DNA of 59,034 nt from Nitrospirota bacterium (lineage in GTDB: Bacteria; JACPQY01): positions 62,001-121,034 of the forward strand of contig JACPAV010000018.1 of assembly GCA_016180645.1 (NCBI GenBank), read 5' to 3'. Shown in pieces: positions 34,868 through 44,618 of this stretch. A program made the position numbers and the translations under genes. The notes under the pieces were generated by a model. The model was given only the letters and a program-made list of their open reading frames with translations, had not been told where the DNA came from and made no database searches. How positions within the stretch are numbered: the first letter of the stretch is position 1; the number at the start of each line of letters is the position of its first letter.

Positions 34868-37102
34868 ATGACGTTGAAACCGCACCGCCAGGCCATGTCA
34901 AACCTCAGAAGGGGTTGGGGATGCGCTCTCGCCGCGGCGATGATCGCGGCGGGTTGGCTGCACCTCAAGTCTGTGGGCTCCGGCGTCCTCCCGGAGGAGC
35001 TCATGGCCTATGATGTGGCGCGAGGGATCGCAGCGGGTGAGCCTCCCCCGCTGCTTCTCAATTCGTACATGCTTCCGTTCTATGAGTATGCGCTGGCCCC
35101 CCTCACGGAGCTGGGCCCGATCTCGGCCAGGCTGCTGGCGAAAGCGGGCGCCGTCGGCTCCATCGGTCTGACGTTTGTGCTCACCCGCCTTTGGCTCGGC
35201 ACTACACCCGCCCTATGGGCTTCAGCTCTTTTCGGCGGCTCCACCTTCCTTTTTTACCTGTCCAGTCACGGAGCCTACTTTCAAACCCCCCTATGGTCGC
35301 TTCTCACTCTCACGCTTTTCTCGGCCGGCTGGAAAAGGGCGTCCGGCATCCTGATCGCCGCGTCCGGTCTCTCCTTCGGCCTGGAGATGGGATTCCTTCT
35401 TTTCTTTTCCATCACTCCCCTCGTGATCGGGCTCTTCTGTCTTCTGGCCGGGACTTGGCGGAGAACCCTTCGCGTTGGCCTCTGGTTTGTTCTCGGCTCA
35501 TCCGTGGTTCTCCTTCCCCTCGGTTGGTCGCTCCTCCGGAATCACCCGAGCGACCTGTTCCTCTTCTGGGACGCCTTGGCCGGGGGCGGTCCGCACATGC
35601 ACATCGAGGTCAAGCGACCCTTGACGTCCCACCTCGTGCCCAAGTTCTTGGAGTTCCTCCAAGGTCTTTGGTACTGCCTGATCGGCCGTCTGCCGTTGTG
35701 GCCGCGGGTCGATCTTCTCGCCATCCCGCTTCTCTTTCTGTGCGCCCTCGTCGGCCTGCACCGTCATGCGAACAAGACGGCCCGAGAGGCCAACCTTTTC
35801 TTGCTGGCATGGTTCTACTCGGCCCTCGTCGTCCTTTCATGGATCGTCACCTGGCTGCATCCCCACGAATCCGCCGGGGGGGAGATCATGCTGCGCCCTC
35901 TGTGGTACTACTTGGTCCTTTTCCCGATGCCCTTCATGGCCATTGCACGTTTTGCGGGCGCGACGGATAGGGGAGAGCCACGCTCCAGGCGCGGAATAGT
36001 TCTGGCCATTGCCGCCTGTACCCCATTCCTGCAACTGTGGACCGTCGCCTCTGAAGTGATCCCCGTCCAAAACGCCAACCAACGCGCCGCTCTTGATTTC
36101 ATTCGTTCCCGACTGAACCATGTTGATCTCGTGTTCAGCAACGTCAACATATTCAACTATGGCGACCTCAAGGAATTCCGGCCGGCCATCCGTCCGAGCC
36201 AAGACTTTTACGAATCACAGGGCCGATGGCTACCGGCGGATTCCGGTGCGTTCCTATCTCGCTTTCCTTACTTCATCTATGCCCGACAGATCACGGATAC
36301 GTACAACGCAACGCTTCGGGGAGAGGCGGAGAGTCCTGTGCCCGCTCTCATCTCCTTCTCCGACCTGCCGATCCAGCCGCCGCACAGTCCATCCCCATCC
36401 AAGCCCATGGCGTTCAGGGAATTGAACATTGCCTACCTCCTCCGTGTAACGCCTGTAGGTCGGGAATCGCCCAGGATCGGGCCAACAACCTCAACGTCCG
36501 GAGTTGACCGTACGGAGCCGGCCCTACGCAAATCCTTCGCGGGGATCTCGCCCATTCAAACGTGGAACTTCGCCGGCCGGAGAAATTATGTCCTGTATGT
36601 CGTGCCGATATCGGTTCCCACAGCGGCTCCCGCGAAGTTCCTTTTCGAACCCCGCGCGGACGAATCCCTACCGGGATCATACGCGGGTACCCGAGGGCAG
36701 TTGTTTCTCGACGCCATCGGGTTTGGATGGGACCACAATCTATGGCTGGAGGAGGTGTCGGCCGTAGACGCAGCCGGCGAACCCAGGCGTGGCTTGTCCT
36801 CCGCTCTGTCGAACGCCTTCCGATGGAAGGTGGGACCGGGCCGGTATGTCGTTACATTGACCTGGTTTCACTCCTGCGTCGGTGATCCCAACCTGATGGT
36901 GGAGAACGTCCCCTTGCGACTCCTTCCGGCCGGAGACTGCGGGACCGGGGGCCGGCCGACGACTCTCGAGTCGTCTTCACCCGTCGAGGTGAGCGACGGC
37001 CGTCTGGACCTCGTCATTCAACCCACGCCTGGAGGTTGGAAAACATGGGGATTGGTTTCTCTCGAGATTAGGCCCATCGAGGCGTCCCTCGGGGCGCGCT
37101 AG
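34868..37102 (+). CDS. GT-C (ArnT/PMT-like) membrane protein with a C-terminal beta-sandwich carbohydrate-binding-like domain
   Basis: N-terminal TM, PEE, about 11 TM segments; C-terminus FLFEP...GFGWD...FRWKVGPGRYVVTL...VEVSDGRLDL...LVSLEI. Start 34868 or 34895. Confidence 0.65.
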   Translation: MTLKPHRQAMSNLRRGWGCALAAAMIAAGWLHLKSVGSGVLPEELMAYDVARGIAAGEPPPLLLNSYMLPFYEYALAPLTELGPISARLLAKAGAVGSIGLTFVLTRLWLGTTPALWASALFGGSTFLFYLSSHGAYFQTPLWSLLTLTLFSAGWKRASGILIAASGLSFGLEMGFLLFFSITPLVIGLFCLLAGTWRRTLRVGLWFVLGSSVVLLPLGWSLLRNHPSDLFLFWDALAGGGPHMHIEVKRPLTSHLVPKFLEFLQGLWYCLIGRLPLWPRVDLLAIPLLFLCALVGLHRHANKTAREANLFLLAWFYSALVVLSWIVTWLHPHESAGGEIMLRPLWYYLVLFPMPFMAIARFAGATDRGEPRSRRGIVLAIAACTPFLQLWTVASEVIPVQNANQRAALDFIRSRLNHVDLVFSNVNIFNYGDLKEFRPAIRPSQDFYESQGRWLPADSGAFLSRFPYFIYARQITDTYNATLRGEAESPVPALISFSDLPIQPPHSPSPSKPMAFRELNIAYLLRVTPVGRESPRIGPTTSTSGVDRTEPALRKSFAGISPIQTWNFAGRRNYVLYVVPISVPTAAPAKFLFEPRADESLPGSYAGTRGQLFLDAIGFGWDHNLWLEEVSAVDAAGEPRRGLSSALSNAFRWKVGPGRYVVTLTWFHSCVGDPNLMVENVPLRLLPAGDCGTGGRPTTLESSSPVEVSDGRLDLVIQPTPGGWKTWGLVSLEIRPIEASLGAR

Positions 37103-37105
37103 TCT

Positions 37106-38017
37106 TCAGCCGCCGCGCGCTTCTTCGCGCGAACTCGGCCCTCTTTGCGGAGATTTCTCGGCCACCAGCAGGGATTTCCACGCCCATCTCGGGAAACGCG
37201 GCAACAGAAATCGATCCGCCAGCGCATCCACCTTGACGGTGAGGTGCAGCATGAGAAGGAGACCCTTGGCGGCCCGAGAGGACCCAAGCGCCAGCACCTC
37301 CGCGCAGTAGAGGATGAAATCGGAAAGGAGCGTGTGGTCACAACGACGGCGCACTTGGAATCCATTCTCCTCCAGCAATTGAACAATCCTATCCGGATCC
37401 ATCGCGCTTTCATCGGGGCTCATGAGGCGGGTGCGTCTGCCGACCCAATTGACGATGGGACGGGAAATGTGTCCTCCATTCGGATCGACGAGAAAGAGCT
37501 TGCCGCCGTCTCTAAGAACCCTCCTGGCCTCCTGAAGAGCATCTACGGGAGACGAAAGATGATGAAACACCTGGGAGAGCCACGCGGCGTCGAAACTCGA
37601 GGATCGAAACGGAAGGACTTCGATCGCCGCCTGGACCGTCCTTCCTCCCGCGACCTCGATGTCTTCCCCGCAGACGGTCCGCGGCGATTTCGCCACACCC
37701 CTTCGAAGGTGCCCCAGCGAAACGTCCACCCCGATGGCCAAGCATTCAGCCTTCTCCTGAAAGTAGGAAGCATGTCGCCCGTCTCCACAGCCAAGGTCGA
37801 GAAGACGGAGCCCCCTGATCTCATCGAGGTCAACCAAGGCCACGGCCCGATCGAAAGTGCGCGCAGCCAGACCTTTCAGCCGGCCCTCCAGGCCGGAGGC
37901 GCCGAGTTCCTGAAACCAGAGTGTTCGGGAATCGTAGAAGGCCCTTTCATGGTCCCATCGAACCCCGCGGCTTCGAGCGTTGGCCGGGCCTGAATCGCGT
38001 GTTATTCTATCGGCCAT
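37106..38017 (-). CDS. Class I SAM-dependent methyltransferase
   Basis: ERAFYD, LLDLGCGDG, GVDVS, LPFRSSSFD, FHHL, VLRDGG, DPN; start uncertain because it abuts the divergent gene. Confidence 0.85.
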   Translation of the reverse strand: MADRITRDSGPANARSRGVRWDHERAFYDSRTLWFQELGASGLEGRLKGLAARTFDRAVALVDLDEIRGLRLLDLGCGDGRHASYFQEKAECLAIGVDVSLGHLRRGVAKSPRTVCGEDIEVAGGRTVQAAIEVLPFRSSSFDAAWLSQVFHHLSSPVDALQEARRVLRDGGKLFLVDPNGGHISRPIVNWVGRRTRLMSPDESAMDPDRIVQLLEENGFQVRRRCDHTLLSDFILYCAEVLALGSSRAAKGLLLMLHLTVKVDALADRFLLPRFPRWAWKSLLVAEKSPQRGPSSREEARGG

Positions 38018-39541
38018 GTCCTGCGTCATCCTGATTCACTTGGCGTTCGACCCTCCCTCCGGCCATGTCGACAAGAAGATCCGCTACCAGCGCATCCAAA
38101 GACGGCCCCAACTGGGCCTGCAATACATCGCGGCCGTCTTGGAAAACCTCGGACACGCCACCGAAATCTGGGACCAGGCGGTTGAGCGTTTCACCATGGA
38201 AAGCCTCCTGGCCCGGATGAGCCGCACAAAACCACTCTTCTTCGGCTACTACTCTCATTCCTTTGTCCGGGACAAGCTATGCCGTCACCTCCGCCAAATC
38301 AAGCCCATCGTTTCCTCAAAACTGATTGTGGGTGGGCCTGGTGCGTTGCACGCCAAAGACTTCCTGGAGGCAGGGGCGGACGGCGTGGTGCGAGGCGAAG
38401 CTGAAGCCGTCTTGCCTGCGTTGGTCCGCTTCTGCGGCGGCGAGATACCCGGAGGGTCGGTCCCGAGCTTCGCATTTTTCGAGCCGGGCGGGATCCACTC
38501 CACACCCACCGCGACCCCTATCGCGGATTTGGATACGTTGCCTTATCCGAAACGCGAACCTTTCCAACCCGATGCCTACCACGACTATTTCATACCCACG
38601 ATGAGGTCCCCCTACGCAACCTTGATCACCTCTAGAGGTTGCCCCTACACGTGCACCTTTTGCGGCTCACCGACTCAATGGGGCCATAAGGTCCGACAAC
38701 GGTCGGTCGAGAACGTCCTCAGCGAAGAACAGAAGGGACGCGTCCCCGCCTGGTGTCCTCTGTGTCCCACCCTTCAACCCGCCCCGGCCCACCGGGCCAC
38801 CCACCGCGCGACGCGCGGATGTGCATTTTGCACCCCTACAGCTTCCGCGGCCCGCGAAAAGCGGAATTCTTCAGACTCTTGAGGCAAGCGGGATGCAACT
38901 TCATATCCTTCGGACTCCAGTCGGCGGATCCCGGGATTCTGGAAAATATCCAGCGCCATGCCGACGAACCGGACCACCTCGAAGAAAGCCTGCGATTCGC
39001 CCGGCAGAACGGCATCATGACCGTTGTGGATTTCATACTCGGCCTGCCCGGCGAAACCCGTGAGACGGCGGAACGCACGGCACGGTTCATCCAAACGACC
39101 CAGGCGGATTTGGTCAATCTACATCGGCTGACCCTGTTGGACGGAACCGAGATCGGCGAGCGATTCGACCCCCTTCATCCGCCGTGCAACATCTCGCAGG
39201 ACGAATTGACGGAAATGTGTGAGAGACTGAACCGCATGTTTTACGGCAATCCGAGACGAATCGCCCGACTGGGCCTCGGGGTCCTTCGCGCGAACCCGGG
39301 GTGGTTTCTCCATGCGCATCGTTTCCTCGGCGCCTATCTGAATGTGTCGGGATTCTCCAGGCCGAGACCTCGGGCGGCCGCTTCAGCCGAACCCCGCTCG
39401 TCTACGTTCTTAGGACGCCCGCCGCTGTCTGAAACCACGCCGGGACTTGCGCCGGATCCTGCAAGACCCGCCACACCACCGCGAGCAGCTTCCTCGGCCT
39501 ACCGTAAAATCTCAAATTCGCGCGCAGCGTTTCGGCCCTGA
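38016..39541 (+). pseudogene. Cobalamin-binding radical SAM protein 6, disrupted near 38728-38818 (pseudogene or assembly artefact)
   Basis: The first frame has PQLGLQYIAA, RGEAE, TSRGCPYTCTFC, RSVENVLSE. The C-half (AGCNFISFGLQS, GLPGET) is in another frame, and the FxDD segment is absent in all three frames. Confidence 0.75.
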
Positions 39542-40709
39542 GCTCCGGCGAATAGTGGAAGAATGGCTCATGGATATCCACCAACATGTTGAAATGGGCG
39601 AAATCGAGAGGGAGGGAGAGGGCCAGAGCCAGGGTCTCCCGGACCGTCCGGGGTGTTTCCCCTGCCAACCCCAGAACAAAAAGCCCCGTAGCTTCCAATC
39701 CCACACTCTTGACCAGATGGACGGCCATTCGAGCCTGCTCAACGGTGGCCGACTTGAGGTGCCGGTCGAGGAGGGCCTGGCTGCCGGTTTCCAGGCCAAA
39801 GGAGATCTGGTGGCATCCGGCGCGCCGCATGAGGATCAGCAACTCTGAGTCCACCTCGTCCACCCGCGCCAGACATCTCCAACTGAACCGAACATTCCGC
39901 CGCAGGATCGCCTCGCAGATTTCGAGCGCCCAGTCCCGCCGATGCGTGAAAACGAGATCTTTGAAATTAATTTGCGGAATACCGTTGCGATCGAGGATCG
40001 CCGCGATTTCCTCCACCACATGGGCCGGACTGCGATAACGAACTTTGGCCCCGAACCACAAGGAATCCGGGCAGAAGGCACAGGCATAGGGGCAACCCCG
40101 CGACGCCTGGATCGTCGTATAGGGCGCCCGCCGGTCGAGAATGGAACGGTATCTTCTCACGTCCATCAGGCCGCGATCCGGGATGGGAAGGTCGTCCAGA
40201 CGGGCGACCCAGGCGCGCTGCCCCAGCACCACCGCGCCGTCGCTCCGGTGGGCCAGGGAACGTTCAGGTTGGCCGCGCAGGAAATCCAAGAGCGGCATTT
40301 CGGGCTCTCCCTGGATCACGTAATCGACGCCGCCCGCCAACGCCGGTCGCGGGTCAACCGTAACGTTCGCGCCCGCGAAGAGGACCCGCAGATCCGGAAG
40401 GGCGGCCTTGACCGCCTGAATGAGCGCCAAATCATCCTCGAGGGAGTACCACGTTGAAATCAGGAGAAGGGCCGGTGCCGGTTGCTCTCGAAGGTATCCC
40501 GCGATTTCGCCGGCTCCCCATCCCCGCGAGTCCGCGTCCAGGAAGTCCGCTTTGAATCCGGAGGCCCGCGCCCACGTGGCCAGTCCGGCCAAGTCGACCG
40601 GCGGGTACGGGATGGCCGCCGGCAGGAGCCCTCCCGACCAGTCCCGGATCACGGCGACAGGCCGGCCCTTCCACTTGCCGGAAGGATGGAGGAACAAGAT
40701 ATCGTTCAT
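39402..40709 (-). CDS. Cobalamin-binding radical SAM protein 7 (HpnJ-like N-terminus)
   Basis: PYPPVDLA, QGEPE, ASRGCPYACAFC, FKDLVF, ARVD, GLETG, GLAGET. Confidence 0.9.
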   Translation of the reverse strand: MNDILFLHPSGKWKGRPVAVIRDWSGGLLPAAIPYPPVDLAGLATWARASGFKADFLDADSRGWGAGEIAGYLREQPAPALLLISTWYSLEDDLALIQAVKAALPDLRVLFAGANVTVDPRPALAGGVDYVIQGEPEMPLLDFLRGQPERSLAHRSDGAVVLGQRAWVARLDDLPIPDRGLMDVRRYRSILDRRAPYTTIQASRGCPYACAFCPDSLWFGAKVRYRSPAHVVEEIAAILDRNGIPQINFKDLVFTHRRDWALEICEAILRRNVRFSWRCLARVDEVDSELLILMRRAGCHQISFGLETGSQALLDRHLKSATVEQARMAVHLVKSVGLEATGLFVLGLAGETPRTVRETLALALSLPLDFAHFNMLVDIHEPFFHYSPELRAETLRANLRFYGRPRKLLAVVWRVLQDPAQVPAWFQTAAGVLRT

Positions 40710-40713
40710 GGAT

Positions 40714-42129
40714 TCAGCCCGCAAATCCCAGGAAATAGCGGAGCCCGTGCCAGTAAGGCTTGGCGTCCTCCCATGATCGGATCCTTCTCAGGTGTTTCCA
40801 GAAGAAACCCGGTCTGAGATAGAAGCGTCGGTAGGCCCGCAGGAACATTCTCGAAACCTCACGCTCATCCTTGTACCCCGTGGGAACGAAGGACGGTTCC
40901 TTGAAGTGATAATCGTAGTTCTCCTTGATGCGTCCCATTTTTCGACACAACTCCAGAAATGCGTGGACTCCTCCCTCCGGGTAGCACAGGTTGAAGATCG
41001 CGTGGTCCAAGTCCAGTTCAATCGCGAATCGGATGGTCCGTTCCCCTTTTTCCGGAGTTTCGCCCGGCAGCGCCAGGATGAAAAAGGCCGCCGGCGAAAT
41101 CCCGACTTCATGGGTCCACCGGACCACTTCCCGGGTCTGCTCGATCGTAATTCCCTTCTCCACCAAGTCCAACAAGTCTTGGCTCCCCGATTCGATTCCG
41201 TACGTGATCATCCAACAGCCGGCGTCCGCCATGGCCCGAAGGATCCCCCGGTCCACGGAATCGATTTTCGTCTCGCAGCTCCAGCTCACCCCCATTCCGC
41301 TTCGGGCCATGCGTTCGCAGAACTCAAACATCCACTTCCGACGATTGACGAAGTTATCGTCCTCGAAGTATATATCGCGGATACCGTACTCCTGTTGGAC
41401 CTTCCGAATATCCTCAACCACGCGCTCGGGAGAATGGCGGCGGTACTTTACCTTGAATTGCTCCGTGAGGGCGCAAAACGTGCACTGGGCATAGTCGCAT
41501 CCCCGGGCGGTGACCATGGGGAGCGTCGGGAGTCTTCTCCATTTGTGGGGAAGCGGTCGATACCTCTTGAGATCGTACAGACGCCAAGCCGGGGAAGGCA
41601 GCGAATCAAGATCCGAGACCAAAGATCGAGGGAGATTCTTTCTTATGCCCCCCTCGGGCAAGCGGTAGATGATTCCTTGAACGCCATGCCAATCCTCGCC
41701 CGCTTCGGCACGCGCGCAGATCTCGCTCAGGGTCTCTTCGGCTTCACCATAGACGAGGGCGTCGATCTCCGGGCATTCAAGGAGCGACTCTTCGTTCGTA
41801 GCCGTAACATGCGGGCCTCCCAGCAGAACCGGAACGGGAAAAGATCGCTTCAGTGTCCGAATGAGCGCGAACGCCTGCTGAGACCAGAGGGTCAGGGCGT
41901 TCACCCCGATGAGATCGGGACCGAATTCTCCGAGACGTCTCGTGATGACCCCCTCCGGAATTCCTTCCGCAAGGGCATCGATCAGGAGGGTCTGATGACC
42001 GGCTTTCTCCAGCATTGCTCCGATGTATCCGAGTCCCACCTGGGGCTGGATGGACAGATTCTCATTCAATTTGATGCCGTAGAGCTGCCTGTAGATGTTG
42101 TAGGGCGGAGTGACCAGCGCAAACTTCAT
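40714..42129 (-). CDS. Cobalamin-binding radical SAM protein 8 (CX4CX2C variant)
   Basis: PQVGLGYIGA, GGPHVT, GEAE, TARGCDYAQCTFC, FEDDNF, GIESG, LPGET; ATGA overlap with the upstream gene. Confidence 0.92.
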   Translation of the reverse strand: MKFALVTPPYNIYRQLYGIKLNENLSIQPQVGLGYIGAMLEKAGHQTLLIDALAEGIPEGVITRRLGEFGPDLIGVNALTLWSQQAFALIRTLKRSFPVPVLLGGPHVTATNEESLLECPEIDALVYGEAEETLSEICARAEAGEDWHGVQGIIYRLPEGGIRKNLPRSLVSDLDSLPSPAWRLYDLKRYRPLPHKWRRLPTLPMVTARGCDYAQCTFCALTEQFKVKYRRHSPERVVEDIRKVQQEYGIRDIYFEDDNFVNRRKWMFEFCERMARSGMGVSWSCETKIDSVDRGILRAMADAGCWMITYGIESGSQDLLDLVEKGITIEQTREVVRWTHEVGISPAAFFILALPGETPEKGERTIRFAIELDLDHAIFNLCYPEGGVHAFLELCRKMGRIKENYDYHFKEPSFVPTGYKDEREVSRMFLRAYRRFYLRPGFFWKHLRRIRSWEDAKPYWHGLRYFLGFAG

Positions 42130-42845
42130 GCGGCCTTCGAGTCGGAGGGGAACACACGCAGGAGAAGATCGTCCCAGAAACACCGACGGGCATCCAGCGA
42201 GGCATGGGCCCCAACCTGGATGTCTTCCCACGCCCTTCCTCCCGTCGCGTACTTCCCGATGAGTTCGGAGAAGATCCTGCCGTGTTCCTTGTCTTGCTCA
42301 ATGTGGAGGTGGAAATACTCCATGTCATCCCTGGACACCTGTCCCCATGCCTCGAGGCCTTGCCGGAGGTAGCCGAACATGGTCGGCAGCGACCATTCAT
42401 GGCCGGGACCCATCGCACCCATCCCCACCCAAAGCGAGGAGCGCCGGGTGAGCTTCCAATGCGTTGCGACAAACCTATCGGTTCCCGGCGCCCAATTCAC
42501 GAAGTCCCACGTCTTTCTGGGCACGCCCACGGACAGCAGAAACTTCTCATACAGGCGCGGATGACTCTCGGAGGGGTTCACTCCCCCATACTCGTCCGCC
42601 AAGACCTCTCGAAGCTTGTCTGAAATCTCACCCGGACCGGACGTCTTCATGAGCGACGTAATGTACTTGGGGAAAACCTTCACCAACTGATAGTGCTGGA
42701 GGGCAAAGGCCCGAACTTGATCCATCGTGAGATCGCCCCGCGACATCCTTTGCAGAAAAGGGTGGTGAAGAGCCGGATGTGCGAAGACGGTTCTTTCAAG
42801 CGCCGAAACGATGCTGCGGCCCGAGCCTCCCTCTCGACTGGACAT
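42126..42845 (-). CDS. Heme-oxygenase-like diiron oxidase (CADD/PqqC/TenA-like iron-containing redox enzyme)
   Basis: HHPFL, LADEYG...SHPRLY...GHEW...YFHLHIEQDKEH gives the E, H, E, H, D, H ligand set. Confidence 0.85.
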   Translation of the reverse strand: MSSREGGSGRSIVSALERTVFAHPALHHPFLQRMSRGDLTMDQVRAFALQHYQLVKVFPKYITSLMKTSGPGEISDKLREVLADEYGGVNPSESHPRLYEKFLLSVGVPRKTWDFVNWAPGTDRFVATHWKLTRRSSLWVGMGAMGPGHEWSLPTMFGYLRQGLEAWGQVSRDDMEYFHLHIEQDKEHGRIFSELIGKYATGGRAWEDIQVGAHASLDARRCFWDDLLLRVFPSDSKAA

Positions 42846-42973
42846 GGTCGAATTGTATCGTTTTGACTCTACCTTGCAAATCTCCACGCCTTCACGGGAT
42901 GCGCCGCTCGATGAAAGACCTCCCCTCGGCTCCACGGATTCATGGTGTTTGCTGCTGGATCGGCCTCCTCCCG

Positions 42974-44353
42974 CTACCTGGAGCGGTCCGGGGTTGACCC
43001 GGCTGCGGAGGCCGCCGGAAGGAGATCTTCCCGCTTCAATCTGAGCCGATCCGCGCGTCGCAGGTCGAACAGGGCCCGGGCGGTGGCATAGTGATACATG
43101 GCTTTCGTTCCCCGCGGCGAGCGCCAACACCGCGGGGCGAGAAATCGCCGCCCCCAGTGGAACCCGCCGACCTCCGAACTGAGGCGGCGGAACTTCTCAA
43201 AGTCCGCCCGTTGCTCATCCAGGTCGGATCGGGGCAACGGCTGATCGATCGCCCAGAAACTATTGTTCAGGAGCACCATGCGATGCCGTCTCCACAATTT
43301 CAGAACGGCCTCAACGTACCCCACCGCGCGATGCGCAAGACCGTCATCCACGAACAAGTAGACCCGGCAGTTGCGACCACGCAAATACTCCATGAGATGG
43401 CTCAGGTATTCGAAGTTCGTTCGTCCCGACTTATCGGCATGGTTCCGCTCCGAACTGAACCAGAAGTGGCACGAGTTGAAAACGTTCAACATCCGATCGA
43501 GAACCCTCTCCTCCGGCAGGTTGTAGAATTCAAAATACAAATCCAGATCGTATTTTTCTGAAAAGACCGGCTCGACGTACCTCCATCCATAGGCATCTAC
43601 AAAGTCGCTGATCATGTGGACCGTCCGCACCCGAGGGTCCGCGCTCCAATGGCGAAGATCGTCCCGGATGCTCTCCGGGGTCCGACGCGCGACGCCTCGC
43701 CCCATGATCGCGCGCTGCAGCTTGGGATTGCCATAGCAGAATTCACAATCATAGAGACACCCCTTCATGGCCGGGACCCAAGGGTAGATCAGGGTCGGAA
43801 AAGGGTTCTCCTGGTATCGGTACATCACTTTCTCGAAGGAAGGAAACCAGTCGAGCGCTCGATAGTCGGATCGGCTGTACTCCTCCGCACCAACCCGATA
43901 GGCAAAGGGGGATGAAAACTCCTTGGCGATAAGGTTCGGAACGTGCGCGGGGTCTCCACCCTCCATCAACGCATGAACCAGTTGGGGAAAGGGACCCTCC
44001 GCGTCCCCTCGAATGACAAAATCCACCTGGGACCCCGACACCAGTGCTCTTCCCAGAACGGAGGCCGTATAGCCGCCGACAACAATTTGGATCGAAGGGT
44101 TGATCCGCTTGTAGGCTTCAGCCAGTCGGACCAACCGGTCCAAAGTGTAGTACCAGTGCAGATCCATGGCCACGACTTTCGCCCGGCGGAGGTGAGCTTC
44201 CGTAACCTCCCTCTCGAAAAGACCGAGCTTCGGATACGGAATACTGTTCATGAGCGGGACAACGCCCATGGGAATGATATGGTTTTGCCCCTCCCGACCC
44301 GGACGAGGGTGAACATACAGCACCCTCGCCGTGTCGCTTCCTTCACGACGCAT
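42974..44353 (-). CDS. Cobalamin-binding radical SAM protein 9 (divergent C-half)
   Basis: IPMG, DLHWY, VGGYTAS, RGDAE, KGCLYDCEFC, RRTPE. Confidence 0.85.
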   Translation of the reverse strand: MRREGSDTARVLYVHPRPGREGQNHIIPMGVVPLMNSIPYPKLGLFEREVTEAHLRRAKVVAMDLHWYYTLDRLVRLAEAYKRINPSIQIVVGGYTASVLGRALVSGSQVDFVIRGDAEGPFPQLVHALMEGGDPAHVPNLIAKEFSSPFAYRVGAEEYSRSDYRALDWFPSFEKVMYRYQENPFPTLIYPWVPAMKGCLYDCEFCYGNPKLQRAIMGRGVARRTPESIRDDLRHWSADPRVRTVHMISDFVDAYGWRYVEPVFSEKYDLDLYFEFYNLPEERVLDRMLNVFNSCHFWFSSERNHADKSGRTNFEYLSHLMEYLRGRNCRVYLFVDDGLAHRAVGYVEAVLKLWRRHRMVLLNNSFWAIDQPLPRSDLDEQRADFEKFRRLSSEVGGFHWGRRFLAPRCWRSPRGTKAMYHYATARALFDLRRADRLRLKREDLLPAASAAGSTPDRSR

Positions 44354-44618
44354 GAGGTCAAAATATCACGACGTATGAGGAGCGACAAGGGATGCAAGAT
44401 CCGACGGGATCACCGCGGCCGGTTCAGCACGGAGAATACCAGTCGCCGAGGACCGTTCCATGATGTATCCTTGCCTCGATGGTGGGGGTCGAGACCCTAT
44501 TGCGGAGCCCACGAGGCCCCATGCACGGCCCAATAGCCCAGCCCCAAACTCAGGGCCGGTCCCATTGGAGCCAACCGTACACCCGCGGAAGAATCCCCCT
44601 CATCGCAAGGAGCTCGGC

